Positions 49,785 to 62,383 of a stretch of DNA of 64,000 bases are shown one piece after another. This DNA is from Leucoraja erinacea (lineage: Eukaryota). Position 1 is the first letter of the stretch; each line of letters starts with the position of its first letter. Position numbers and translations under genes: made by a program. The notes under the pieces were generated by a model, which did not search any database, had not been told where the DNA came from, and saw only the letters and a list, made by a program, of their open reading frames with translations. The stretch covers positions 56,730,001 through 56,794,000 of the forward strand of contig NC_073378.1 in assembly GCF_028641065.1 (NCBI RefSeq), written 5' to 3'.

Positions 49785-49814
49785 TGCACTGAAATATTAC
49801 CAGCAGGTGGCAAC
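49785..49814 (+). promoter_or_regulatory. Candidate CTCF site
   Basis: CCAGCAGGTGGCA core at 49800 with upstream TGCACT 15 nt before it. Confidence 0.3.
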
Positions 49815-50129
49815 ATCTCTTTTCTAGGTGTATTCTCTTTTATCTCCGTCAGTTTCAGTTGCAGGTGATGAAACATAAGCTCAAGATTCATGTTACTCTC
49901 TCTCCTTTGTGTGTTTAAAACATATATGCATGCCATTGCTTCACCAAATCCAAATCTGCTTTGATACATGAATGAAACTGGATAAAACTGGAACAAAATA
50001 TGCAAGGTATTCCTGTAGTAAAATAGGAAATGTGCAACATGGATGTTAATTTCACTTCCTTTCATCTTCCTTGTTCAGTCCATCATCCAGAGTCAGAACT
50101 GGTCTTTCTGTTCGAGGTTGGGTGGTGTG

Positions 50130-53100
50130 GATCACAAGCTTGATTCCTTCTATGGAATTCAACAAATGGAACTCCATGCTGAAGTGGCTCTGTTGTCTGT
50201 CAGAAGTAGGTCTGGAAAATCATATTTAGTAAAGATCATTCTTAACTTTAATACTTTAATATTGGTGCTTGAAATTTTGAGGAATTCTCGGGAACAGTTT
50301 CTATCTGCTTTGAACTTATATCTGCCACAATCATGATCTATTATCCCAAGAAAGGTCCAAAAAACTACATGCATCTTCCGCAAAAGTATGGTCCGCGAGG
50401 CCGAGGAGTTGTGAGGAATTATTTTGTGCTTTTGACATTTTTCACGTTCCTTCACTGTATTCTCCAACCATTTATCTATTCCAAGTCAATAGACAAAATG
50501 GCTGGTATTATGCTTAATGCAGTGCTGCAAGATATAGCTGGGCATCCTTCATGCAACTGCATCAGAATAACTAATATTTTAACGGTGGGATAATGCCTCT
50601 GAATACCTAATGAAATATAGCATTCTGGGCATTTACATCAGACCACTTTATCCATGGCACGGATGCCTTTGTTTATCATGATATAGCTGTGACACTATCC
50701 CATCCACCATTGGTGGGCCAATTGATATTTGATTGAGAGCATCTGTTGATAGTTCGGAATATAGATGTATGCAGGCAATGTTAATGCCCAGCTCTACACT
50801 CTAGCTGACTCCACACAAGGTATCCTTTTACATTCCCCAAAAATACATTACAGGGGCTTGTGGTTCATGCAGTAGTGGTATTTAGGGAAATTCTTTATGC
50901 CATAAACAATAGTCAAACTGTCAAAATATCTTGATCAAACAAGGAATTGCTTCAATTGTGGCAGATATAAGTTCAAGGTTATTCATCCTCCATACTGTGT
51001 AGCAAAACTACACCAAATATTGCAAGGCTCTGCACCCCAAGACAGCAGCAAAAACTTTGTTGTAACATAATTAATTGAGTTCATTTGAAGCTATTATTTC
51101 TTGGAATGCAGCTTCCTATCATAGTGTCCACTTCTGCATTATCTTGTGATTCAACAACTAGTGCAGAAGTTTGAATCTGCTTAAAGATGCAAGAAAAGCA
51201 CAAAGTAGTTTAGGAATCCTACACAGTCATTTAACTCTGTTAAGTTGGTCAGATTCAATGAAACGACATTGCTTTAAGCTTCCCTCCAATGGATGTAGAT
51301 ATTTATCACCTAACTCATAAACAAAATAGACTACTTTTGAAATGGGAAAGATTTAACAAAGAAATGAGAAACTAGTTTTGTAGGAATTAATATATGTATG
51401 AATGTCAGACTTTTGATTTTAATATGAATATTATAAAACCTTTAAAGTCTGACATTCAACAATACATTTGTTCCTAATAATGGCAAACTAGTTTCACTTT
51501 TCTCTCTCCATCTGCTTTTACTAATTGTTCTTCATTATCAGTCTTTGGTGCTATTGATGTCATTCATTACAATACTATGGAGTAATGGTTACCATATTGA
51601 GCGTCTAGCTTGTGGATACATTCGACTTTTGTGACTGGAGAAATGAAACCCGTTTATTAACCAGCCTGTAATTATTCTTTGGTTTTCTATCCTGATTATC
51701 TCGATCACTTAGGTAGGTAGTTGGGTAAACCCTAGGTAGATCTTCAGTCAGATCTTTAATTAAACCATGCATTGTGCTCCACCAATGCTGATTCTCTCAA
51801 TGGAAGTTTGCTCTATTGAAAAACATTTAATGTGTATATTAGATATTAACACAATTTTCTGATAAAACGAGACATGTCAAGTGTTGTGCATTGCATATTG
51901 CCAAACAAATATCAATCCTCTTAGCTGAGTGAACAAATGATTAAGTCAGAGGTAAGGGAAATCTATCCACAGCAAATCAAAAAAATAAAATTAAGCTTCA
52001 GGTATTAAAAACCTGAAATAAAGACAGAATATGCTGGGAAAGCTCAGCTGGTCAGACAACATCTGTGGAAAGGGAAACAGTTCACATTTCAAGTCTGGAA
52101 CCCTTCATCAGAACTATGAAAGAGAGAAAATAGTTGAGAGGGAAAGATTGATCAGCCATGATTGAATGGCGGAGTAGACTTGATGAGACTAATGGCCTAA
52201 ATCCACTCCTATCATTTACGTATTTTAGGTAGCAGAGAAGGTGGGAAGGTTAAGGGTGGAGTAAAAGGAGTATCTGTGATTGGGTGAATTAGCATGGCAT
52301 TTAAGAGATAATTAGAATCAGATTAAGGTCTGCTTCTGTGTAACACATTGCTGATGTTGTATAGTCTAGATGAGCAGGCCAGGCCACACCAAAAAAAGGG
52401 ACATAAAAATAAAAGAATAGTTGGCATAAATGTAGTTCTCATACCATTGCTTCTCTGTTGATTGTTATCTGGTAATCTCTGCAGCTCCTAATGGTGCCAT
52501 CTGTTTTCATTGCAGGAAAGACCGGAACAGCCCACTCAGAAAACTCAATTGGTTGAATAATACCTGCTTCCGACAGTCTCTTTCCCTTTTTCCAAGCCTT
52601 TTCCTTCATGTTGTAAGGTAGAGATTGTGTTGAAATGAATTGCAAATTTTTTATTTAGTTGAACCTTATAGACCTGTCCCACTTAGGTGACTTTTTAGGC
52701 AACTGCAGCAGACCATGCAGTTGCCACATGGTCGCCATATGTTCGCGGGTGGTTGCCGGGGAATTGCCTTCATGGTTGTGAGGAGTTCCCGCATTCTGGG
52801 AACTAGTCGCGGCCTCATTATGGTCACTGAGAATTTTTCAACATGTTGAAAAATTAGCGGTGACTAGAATGAAGCCGCCATGGAGAGTAGCGAGAATTCT
52901 CGTGCCGTAGGTGGATCGGCAGGAGGTCGTAGTGGGTTGCCAGAGATCGAATGTTTTCGGAGGTTTTCATAGGTTGTAGCCGGTGCAGACCGGTGAATTG
53001 GCTCATTGGGAAAAAAATGTTAAACAGTAGTTTTCAGAACCAAGGATAACCGACCGGTAATGTTAAATGTCTGCCGAGCTTCACAGCCATGTGTCTCTGG

Positions 53101-53690
53101 CTTCTTAAAAGTTGTCTCCACTCTTGCCGCTCTCCCCACCACCCCCTCCCCATCCTCCCCTCTTGTAAAGGACTTACTGTACACTGTGCTTTAGCCATCT
53201 TTTTTACAGCGCCAACCTTCCTGTTCGTTGCGGTATTGTCTGTTTCACCATGTGATTATTTTAGACAGCGCTCCCCCCCTGCTTGCCCTGTCCCCCTGCT
53301 TGCATAATGGGCTGGTGAAGGAAGCAATGTGTTTGTGTGTTCCACTCTGACAGTCGCCGTTCCAGTTGCCGGTTTTTCAGGCGACTGCCGGCAACTTGAT
53401 ACTCGCCAGCAGTCTGCTGAAAAATCGCCTATGTCGGACAGGCCCATTAGTTTTCATATTTTGAATGCTTCCAAGTGAATTATAAAACACTGCAGGATAT
53501 TTATCAAGTACAGTAGATTAAAACGGTTCTTCAAACTCTTGATGTTTCCACATCTTCCTTTATCTCTGATTGTCAGTTCCAGCCTATCAAATTCAATCCA
53601 TGACCAGGAACTCTCAGAAGAGGGAGCTTTATTTCACACTTGCCTGCAGATGTTTCATACTTGTGAGAATATAAAATTGGCACGCTAACA
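50130..53690 (-). mobile_element. Ancient Gypsy (Ty3) pol relic
   Basis: minus-strand order PR end (LPLLRVPGHGLNLIG), RT (PIEFSEWAVPV..KTDGTIR.C.DY), GFLNYF, RNase H (IVYGIK..HKPL), IN (MIVAD.SSK.IE; IF.KY.FPD.L.TDN). Confidence 0.75.
52669..53446. mobile_element. PIF/Harbinger-type MITE with TTA TSD
   Basis: tta|tagacctgtcccacttagg ... cctatgtcggacaggccca|tta; interrupts the Gypsy relic. Confidence 0.8.
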
Positions 53691-54099
53691 TATGGTGATC
53701 CATGATTGAGGTATCTATTGAATATGGAAAGCCACAACTATATTATAGCCAAGAGTATATCAGAGTATTCATTGGGTTTTTTTTTTCTCATCCTTGCTTC
53801 TATGCTGATCTTGCAAACAGTTTTCAAACAAAAATTGTGAATCTATCCGGGCCTGGATTGTGCAAGCAAATACATAGGTTGTCAAATCAGAAGATCAAAA
53901 TTTGAATATAGAATTGGAACACTAAATCTAAATCAAGTTAGAATGTCATAGTTGCAGTCCTAATGCATGTAACAATTAAACTATCTTGACTCTTGAACTG
54001 CAGGCAAATATGAGAAAAAAAGTTCCCTCTTCTGAGAGCTCCTGGTCAAGGATTGAATTTGATAGGTATCAGCAATAATTTCCCTGATGTAGATATGGA

Positions 54100-54630
54100 G
54101 GTGTTGCCCCATCTACACTAGTCCCACTTGCCCGTGTTTGGCCCATATCCCTCCAAACCTATCCTATCCATGTACCTGTCTAAATGTTTCTTATATGTTG
54201 CGATAGTACCTGCCTCAACTACCTCCTCCGGCAGCTTGTTCCATACACCAACCACCCGTTGCATGAAAATGGTATCCTTCAGATCCCAATTAAATCTTTT
54301 CCCCTTCACCTTAAATCTATGACCTCTGGTTCTAGATTCCCCTACACTGGCAAAACAAAAACTGTGCATTTACCTGTTTTACTCCTCTCATGATTGTGTA
54401 CAGCCAGCATCATCAGAGACCTACACCACCCTGGCCACACATTCATTTAACCCCTGCCTTCGGGAAGAAGCTACAGGAGCCTGAAAACTGTAACGTCCAG
54501 GTTCATGAACAGCTTGTTCCCTACAGCCATTAGCTTGCTAAACACAACAATCTCAAAATAAACTCTGAACTACATAGATTGTTAGTGTTATTAGTGCACT
54601 ATTATTGTTTTTGTTTTATGTGTATGTATG
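54100..54630. mobile_element. CR1 3' end (-, 54100-54400) abutting a Rex1 3' end (+, 54400-54630)
   Basis: SRTRGHRFKVKG..VWNKLPEEVV; IIRDLHHPGH..LPSGRSYRSL. Confidence 0.75.
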
Positions 54631-55324
54631 GAGTCAACTTGAGCTATTTTTTCCACCCATCATTTTTTACCACGTCAAACATTAATATTTGTTTTTTACT
54701 TTGCACAAACACATGGCCCAGACTATATCCTTGCATCCTGTATTAATTTATGATATAATTTATGATCAATAATGTTTTATCATGTCTGGTTAATGCACAG
54801 CACAAAATCTTCAAATTTTACCTTTATATCTAGTCTGCCCGCTGGAGGTTGCTATTTTATCCTTAGGTGAACATTTAATTGCTTAATTTCTGCCACCCTC
54901 TGCATCCTGAATGCCTTCTCTCCTTCTGTATGATATGTATCAGATATGCTTTGGACAACTTTGTGTTTATTCTATGCTTAACTGTAGTTCAATAATATTA
55001 TCACAGATTATTTCCCACTGGGCCATCAGTAGAACAAAATGTACTTCAAATCAATAATATTACATTATTCCAAATGTTATATTTAGACAAGTATTTTATA
55101 TAGTCAACCAATAACATGTTTTCTTCATGCAAAAGTATTCACGCCTGGGAAGAAAAAAACACAGCAATCTGAAAACTTAGCAAAAGAGAAACCTCATTAT
55201 TTAAGCTACCAAAGTAAACTGGCAGAAAAGAATATAAAATAATAGAAAATGTTAATGAACCTGAATTAAATGAAATAAAGTTTGGCAGTTGTTAGTGAGG
55301 AGGTAAATCAATGATTTTTTATTG

Positions 55325-56610
55325 CAAGGATTATTGACGGTGGACAATCAATGGCAGAAGTTTCTGGGAGTAATTTGGAAGACACAGGATCTTTTCATCC
55401 CAAAGAGGAAGCTAGATTCTAAAGGAAAAATAAAGCAACCATGGCTGACGAGGGAAGTCAAGGACAGCAGAAGTCAAGTCCAGTCAAGTCACATTTATTT
55501 ATATAGCACATTTAAAAAATAACTCTCGTTGGCCAAGGTGCTTTACATTATGTTGCAAAAATTAGTCGGAATCTAGACAAATGGGAAGCTTTTAAAAACC
55601 AACAGAAGGCAACTAAAAAGCTAATAATATATAAGAGCTAGCCAATAATATATAAGAGGATACCAAAGGTTTATTCAGATACATAAAGAGTAAAAGACAG
55701 ACAGGAGTTGACATTGGACTGCTGGAAAATGACACTGCGAGGTGGTAATGGGGAATAAAGAAATGGTGGGTGAATTGAATATCTTTTGATTCATTTCTCA
55801 CAGCAGAAGACACCAGCAACATGTCAGAAATTCAAGAGAGCCGGAGAAGTTAGTGGAGTTGATATTACAAAGGATAAATTGTTTGGGGAAATTGATAGGA
55901 GTTAGAAAAGTCAATCCCTGGGACAAATGGACTACACACAGCATTCTGAAAGTGGTAGTTTTATAGATTGTGAAGATGTTAGTAGTGATCTTTCACGAAT
56001 CACTAGAATCAGGAGTGGTCCCAGAGGACAAGAAAATTGCAAATGTTATTCCACTGTTCACGAAGGGAGAGAGGCAAAAGAGGGGAAACTATAAACCGGT
56101 AAGCCTGGCTTTAGTGGTTGGTAAGATTTTAAGAGGTTTCAGAGAGTCCAGAGGAGGTTTATGAGAATGATCCCGGGGATGATTAGATTAATGTATGATG
56201 AGCGTGTGATGGCTCTGGGTCTGTAATCATTGTAGTTTGGAAGGACGAGAGGGGATCTAATAGAAACTTGCCATTTATGAAAGGCCTGGATACAGTGGAT
56301 GTGGAGATGATGTTTCCACTATTGGAAGAGTCTAGGACCAGGGGGCCTCAAAATAAAAGCACATACCATTGGAAAGGAGATGAAGAGGAATCTGTGGAAT
56401 TCAGTGGTATGGGCAACTGTGGAAGCCAAGTCTTTGGGTATTTTTAAAATGGTGATTGACAGTACTTGATTAGTAAGGGTGTCAAAAGTTACGGGAAGAA
56501 GTTAGGAGAATGGGGTGCAGAGGGAAACATAGATCAGCCATGACTGAGTGGCAGCACAGTCTCGACAGGCTGAATGTTCTACTTCTGCTCCTATGGCTTA
56601 TGAACTTATG
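55325..56610 (+). mobile_element. CR1 fragment, internally deleted, with an L2-like tail inserted at 55470-55550
   Basis: QPWLTREVKDS, GFIQI/FRYIKSKR, IANVIPLFTKG..GNYKPVSL, 3' UTR. Confidence 0.8.
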
Positions 56611-56702
56611 AGGTTTGTCAGGAAAAGATCTATCGCATTATAGCAGTACTGCCTGTATTCTATAATGCTACCTCAGAACTGTCTTCTGAATTATTTCTAT
56701 CA

Positions 56703-57119
56703 TGTGGCGGCTCCCAAGGGTCAGGCCATTTCCACTATCGAACCCTTCGGCATGGGAATGGATGAGTCCGGGGGCCGGCCCTTAGCTACAGGGATAAAGG
56801 GCAGGGGTATAGGTGCATCTCCCTCTTGCAGACTCATCTGGTCAGGAGAAGGACATCGATTAAAATACTTCCTGAAACACCTGGCTCCTCGCCTTCATTT
56901 TGGGATTATTGTCCTGCCATGGGACATTCAGCCCGCATGTGCCATCGGCCCTCTGGGACTGCCCCTATGTCTTCCTGCGTATTGATGCCCACCGGACGCC
57001 ATTCCAGAGGCAATTTGAAGGCCTGTTCCGGGGGCTGGAGCAACCTTGTGTTGGACATGGGGGGGGCGGCCAGAACACCTGGCTCCTCGCATTCATTTCG
57101 GGATTATCGTCGCGCTACA
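56703..57119 (+). mobile_element. Collapsed Gypsy LTR element (LTR + integrase GPY/F remnant + LTR end), 4-bp TSD
   Basis: ATCA|TGTGGCG...CGCTACA|ATCA; aacacctggctcctcgc.ttcattt.gggattat.gtc duplicated; YVFLRIDAHRTPFQRQFEGLFR. Confidence 0.8.
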
Positions 57120-57502
57120 ATCATTTCTTATGAGCCTACTATGACTAAATTGATAAAATCTAAGTTTTGTGTATTTATAAGCTTGCAACTTGCAAATAAA
57201 TAATTTCTCCAGGATGTTTTGAACAGAGACAAGTGTTATCCCAAATAACAAATATGTCGATGAGTCTCCAACATTACAGAAATAACCTACAGGTAAAAGT
57301 TCAATAAAGAACCAAAATATTCATGATCAATGAACTGCAGGGCAGCCAGTAAACAGTGAAATCTGATGAGAACAATAGGAAATTGAAGTTGACAAGTTTA
57401 AGGTATTAATATAGTGTGTCAGAAAATAAAGTAATCCTAGTAGATTGGGAAATAACAATTACAGTTTTATTTTGCTTACATTTACATTGCTTACAGTTGC
57501 CA

Positions 57503-58346
57503 CTAGGGGTGCCGCAATGACGGCAGCCTCTGCCTACAGCCTGTTTGTCCTTCCAAACTTTTTTTTATTTTTATTTAATTTAAAGTCTGTTATTGGGGGA
57601 AACCTTAACTTTTCTATGTGAGGGAGGGGAGCAGAGTAAGGGGGAAACTGTTTCCCAGTCGCTTCCTGGCGGGGACCGGACCAGAGTCGTGTCCTCAGCC
57701 CCCACCTCGCGGCCTACCACCTGGATTGGAGTGGCCTTTCCTGCCGGGAACCGGACCAGAGCGACAACAGCGGCGGCGTAACGCTGGATTCACCACGGAG
57801 CGTGTGATGCCTACCTGGGTCACTGTTTGGAGCTCCGGAGCGTTGGGCCGCTGCTCCAACATCGTGGAGCTCTGGTTTAGAGAGCTCCGAACGCGGGTGG
57901 CGCTGACCGTCATCACGGAGGCCTGGGGCCCTGTGCCAAGGGCCGCCAGCATCAGTCTCCACCTGCGGACTTTGTGAGCTGCGGACTCTGGTAGGAGGGG
58001 GCCGACTCTGTTATCCAGGCCGCTGAGGATGTCCCCCAGCCCCGACGTCGGACTTACATCACCCCGGCGAGCGGGCCTGAACATCGGGCTGCCCGTAGCG
58101 GCGACTGCAGAGGGCTCGGGAAGACCCCGACCACAGGTGAACATTGGGGAACATTAGAGGAAGAGACTAACTTTGGTGCTTTCCCTCACAGTGGGAAAAT
58201 TTGATTCTGCTGTGTGGGGATGTTTTTATGTTGAATTCTATCGTGTATTGTGTTCTTTATTTTTATTGTATGGCTCTATGGTAATCTCATTTCACTGTGC
58301 CATCTGGCACAGGTGACAAATAAATGTATCTTGTATCTCTTCTTGT
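57503..58346 (+). mobile_element. GC-rich non-coding retroposon with Rex1-type tail
   Basis: CpG-rich 0.85-kb body; tttcactgtgcc..gcacaggtgacaaataaa + (tatcttg)n tail. Confidence 0.55.
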
Positions 58347-59384
58347 ATGTTTATAAGAAATTAATATAGGTTTACATTTACAGGACCCTGCAATAATTTT
58401 ACTATAATTCTCAGTGTCACAATTGCAATTACATATGAATTTAACAATATCTACTAATCCTCATTTTTATAGACATACTCTTACTGACAGTGGCACACAT
58501 ATCTTGCACTAATTGTTTCTAAGATTTCTGTAACTTTGTTCAAATAATTCCCCCAGGTCCACATGAGTCAATATTGAAGCTTTCTGAAATATTGTTCGCT
58601 TAAACAAACTTTTACGTTTACAATGGACGATGACCTAGTCACTAATAAATCCAATGGGAATTTTGGAGATTTTTTTCATTGTCTTTTGTGATCTGGGAAA
58701 ACGCTAGCAAGACATTTATTACCCATTCCCTTTTGACCTTAAGAGTCTTAGAATAACTTTGTGTTTTAACACCAGCAGTAGCACTGATGCAGATACTCTC
58801 ACAAAACTCTTGGGTGTTAACCCAATGGTTCAATTGTACTTTGTTATCTTGTGTACCTAAATACAGTGAATTTTCCTTTGCATACAATTCAGTGATAATC
58901 TTACTATACTTTAGGTACAATCATTCTAAGTATAAGTGTATGATTGTGCCTAATGTATAGTGGGATTTAATGACCCAGTTACAATGAAAGACCAGCGATA
59001 TATTTCTAAGTCAGCATGGTGTGTGTCTTGCAGGGGGATCCACAGATGATAATATGTGCGCCTGCTCCACTTGTCTTGATTAGTATGGGTGCCAGGTGTT
59101 ATGCGGAGACAGCAGGAGAATGGAGTTGAGAGGGAAGGATAGATCAGCTATGATTGAATGGCCTAATTCTACTCCTATAACTTATGAACTTTTCCGTCTT
59201 GCTGTTAAAGATAATGAGTTTGGGAGGTACTTTCAGGTACCGGGACGAGCAAACCCACTAAACCGAAGCGGCAGTACCCCACCGCGTCCACCAGTCGACG
59301 TGTACCCTATGGGACTGGTGAAAGCTCTGGGGCCGCACATCACCACCGGAAGCTTTTTTTAGGCCAAGGCCCAGAGAGGACCCC

Positions 59385-61381
59385 ATGGAAAATGCGCCAC
59401 CCCCAACCAACAGCAACACGTCAGACAACACAACAGAAGACTCATCGTCTGACAAAGAAGCAAAAGAAACACCCATAACCATGGAGGTAGGTGGGTCTGG
59501 TTCCTACCAGAAGAAAGAAAGTGGGGACTCTATACTAACAGGGGGGAGATTACACCTGTTTGAGCAAGCATGGAAGTCTATCACAAATGACAAGTATATA
59601 CTCAACAGCATTCGTGGATACAAAATAGAGTTTACTCTAGAAAACTTGCCACCAGTTTAGCATTCACCCCAAAGGGTCTTTTCCCTCTCAGTTAAAGAAA
59701 AACGCGAGGGACAAGCTGAACTGGTGAGGCTAATCACAAAGGGTATCATTGAAAAAAACAAACATGAACCCTTCGAATTTGTCTCTAATATATTCACTAA
59801 AACTAAAAAAGATGGTGGATGTCGCATAATCATTGGCTTAACTTCACTAAATATGTTTATTAAGTATGTACATTTCAAAATGGAAACGTTTGTAAATGCC
59901 AAACAACTGATTTCCAAAGGATACTTCATGGCAAGCATTGACCTTAAAGATGCTTACTATTCAGTACCCATTCATAAGGATCATCGCAGATACCGGAAAT
60001 TTACCTGGATGGGGCAGCAAGGGCAGTTTAAAGCATTGCCTACGGATTAACATCAGCCCCAAGATTATTCACCAAGATACTAAACCAGCCTTGGCAATAT
60101 TAAGAAGACAAAAAATATTGTCATGGCATATCGTGATGATATCTTAATGGTAGGCAAAACCATGGAATTGGCTATATCAGCTGTGTCAGCTACCAAACAA
60201 TTGTTTGAAATCTTGGGATTTGTCTTACATCCAGATAAATCTAAGTTGAACCCATCCACAACCATGGACTATCTGGGGTTCACAATTAACTCGGTCCACA
60301 TGTCTGTAACTTTGCCAAAGACAAAAACAGCTGAATTGGCACAAACATGTAACAATTTAATGGTCAACGATCGACCAACCATTCGACAAGTGGCGAGAGT
60401 AATTGGGAAAATGGTACAGCATTTCCAGCTACACAATTTGGACCTTTGCACTATCAAAACTTACAAAGAGCAAAAGTGCAGGCACTAAAACAACATGCAG
60501 GTAATTTTGACCGGATCATGAAATTACCCACTGAAGTAATATCAGAGCTACAGTGGTGGCTAGAGAACATTTGGCATAGTTCCAGCCCTATCATCATCGT
60601 TAACCCTACATTAGTTATCCAAACAGATGCCAGTGCTCAAGGCTGGGGAGCAACTAATTCCATATCCAGCACAGGTGGTAGATGGACTAACACAGAGTCA
60701 TCGTTACTACTTACACTGGACATAAATTATCTAGAAATGTTGGGTGCATTTTATGGATTAAAAGCATATTCAACAAATATGCATCACTTGCATGTTCGGT
60801 TACAACTAGATAATATTACGGTGGTGGCTTATATTAACCATATGGGCGGCATAAAATCGATATCATGCGACAAATTGGTCAACGCAATCTGGCAATGGTG
60901 TGTTGACAGACATATTTGGCTATCAGCAACTTACCTGCCGGGTAAGCTAAATACAGTGGCAGACACCAGGTCATGCAAATTCAATGACATCACCGAATGG
61001 ATGTTAAATCCCAAAGTATTTGCTAAAATTACCAAGCAATATGGCACGCCAGATATCGATCTATTTGCATCCAGACTAAATCACCAGTTTCCTATGTATG
61101 TCGCTTGGGAATCAGACCCTGAGGCAGCAGCGGTAGATGCGTTCGCGCTGGACTGGGGAAATTTCTTCTTTTATGCATTTCCTCCCTTCTGCCTCATCAG
61201 TCGGGTACTACACAAAATACAAATGGACTCAGCTTCAGGTATTTTGATAGTACCCGACTGGCCTACTCAACCATGGTTCCCAGTACTCCTCGACATGATC
61301 GTCGAGACCCCTATGACTTTTCCAAGTAAGCCCAGAATTGCTAACCCACCCAGTATCTGGCACAAGCCACGCATGCCATGA
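59385..61381 (+). pseudogene. DIRS RT / RNase H / N6-adenine methyltransferase-like ORF (disrupted)
   Basis: HFKMET, ASIDLKDAYYSVPI, AYRDDIL, QTDAS..GWG, INYLEM, DN.T.VAYIN..GG, IDLFASRLN, YAFPPF. Confidence 0.9.
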
Positions 61382-61399
61382 TAAAATAAAACTCCTGGG

Positions 61400-62383
61400 T
61401 TGCAGATTTTGAAAAGGCCTTTGCTGGGCCTGGGATTGTCAGAAAACACCATCAACACCATGACAGCATCCCACCGTGTATCCACATGGAAACAATACTT
61501 ATCTAGTATCAAGAAGTGGGAGAAATCCTGTTTGGATACAGGAACCACCTATTCACCCACAACAGTCACCTATGTACTGGAGTTCCTGGCAGGCCTTCAC
61601 CACAATGAAAGACTCAGCTACAGCCATCAACACAGCCAGAAGTGCTCTGCCTGCCTATTTAATACAGGCACCAGGACAACAGGCCATGGGGTCCCACCCG
61701 CTGAAGGTCAAACTCATGAGGGGGATATTCAACTCTAACCCTCCTAGACCTAGGTACACCCATATCTGGGATGTCAGTGTGGTCCTGACATACCTCAGGG
61801 GATGGTCACCAGCCAGGTCCCTCACCCTGGAGCAATTAACTCTCAAGACGATCATGCTGATGGCACTTGTGTCAGCACAGAGGGTCAAGTCACTTCACCT
61901 TTTACGACTGGGCAACATGATCACAACTCCAGACCATGTCTCATTTATTATCCAGGGGCTGGACAAACAGAGCAAGCCAGGAACATCTAATCCAGTCATG
62001 GAATTCCGGGCCTACACACCAGAACCACGGTTATGTGCCATGACCAACCTACTGTACTATATAGACACAACTAAAATCCATCGAGGGAGTGAAAAAGCCT
62101 TATGGGTCAGCCACAAGAAACCTATGGTCGTGTGACGAGCCAAACCATTTCTAGATGGCTCAAGCAGGTGCTGAAAGCTGCTGGTATAAATACTAACATG
62201 TACAAGTCTCACTCCACCAGGGCAGCATCCATGTCGGCGGCTAAGAGAATGGATGTACCAATAGACGACATCCTGGCTACAGCGGGGTTGTCTGGGAAAA
62301 GAACGTTCCCAACTTTTTATAGTAAGCCGTTGGCAAAACCTGCTTCATTTGCAGAGAAAATGTTACAATCTGCAAATATATAA
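61400..62383 (+). pseudogene. DIRS tyrosine recombinase (frameshifted)
   Basis: PPRPRY..IWDV, LVSAQRV, ISRWLK, SHSTRAAS, TF..FYSKP. Confidence 0.9.

Noticed and set aside
55620-55660. Short tandem duplication aataatatataagag
   Set aside because: Ordinary local duplication in a dead CR1
60446-61381. Bacterial or phage methyltransferase / integrase locus
   Set aside because: Domain order RT-RNase H-MT-YR with ICR is canonical eukaryotic DIRS
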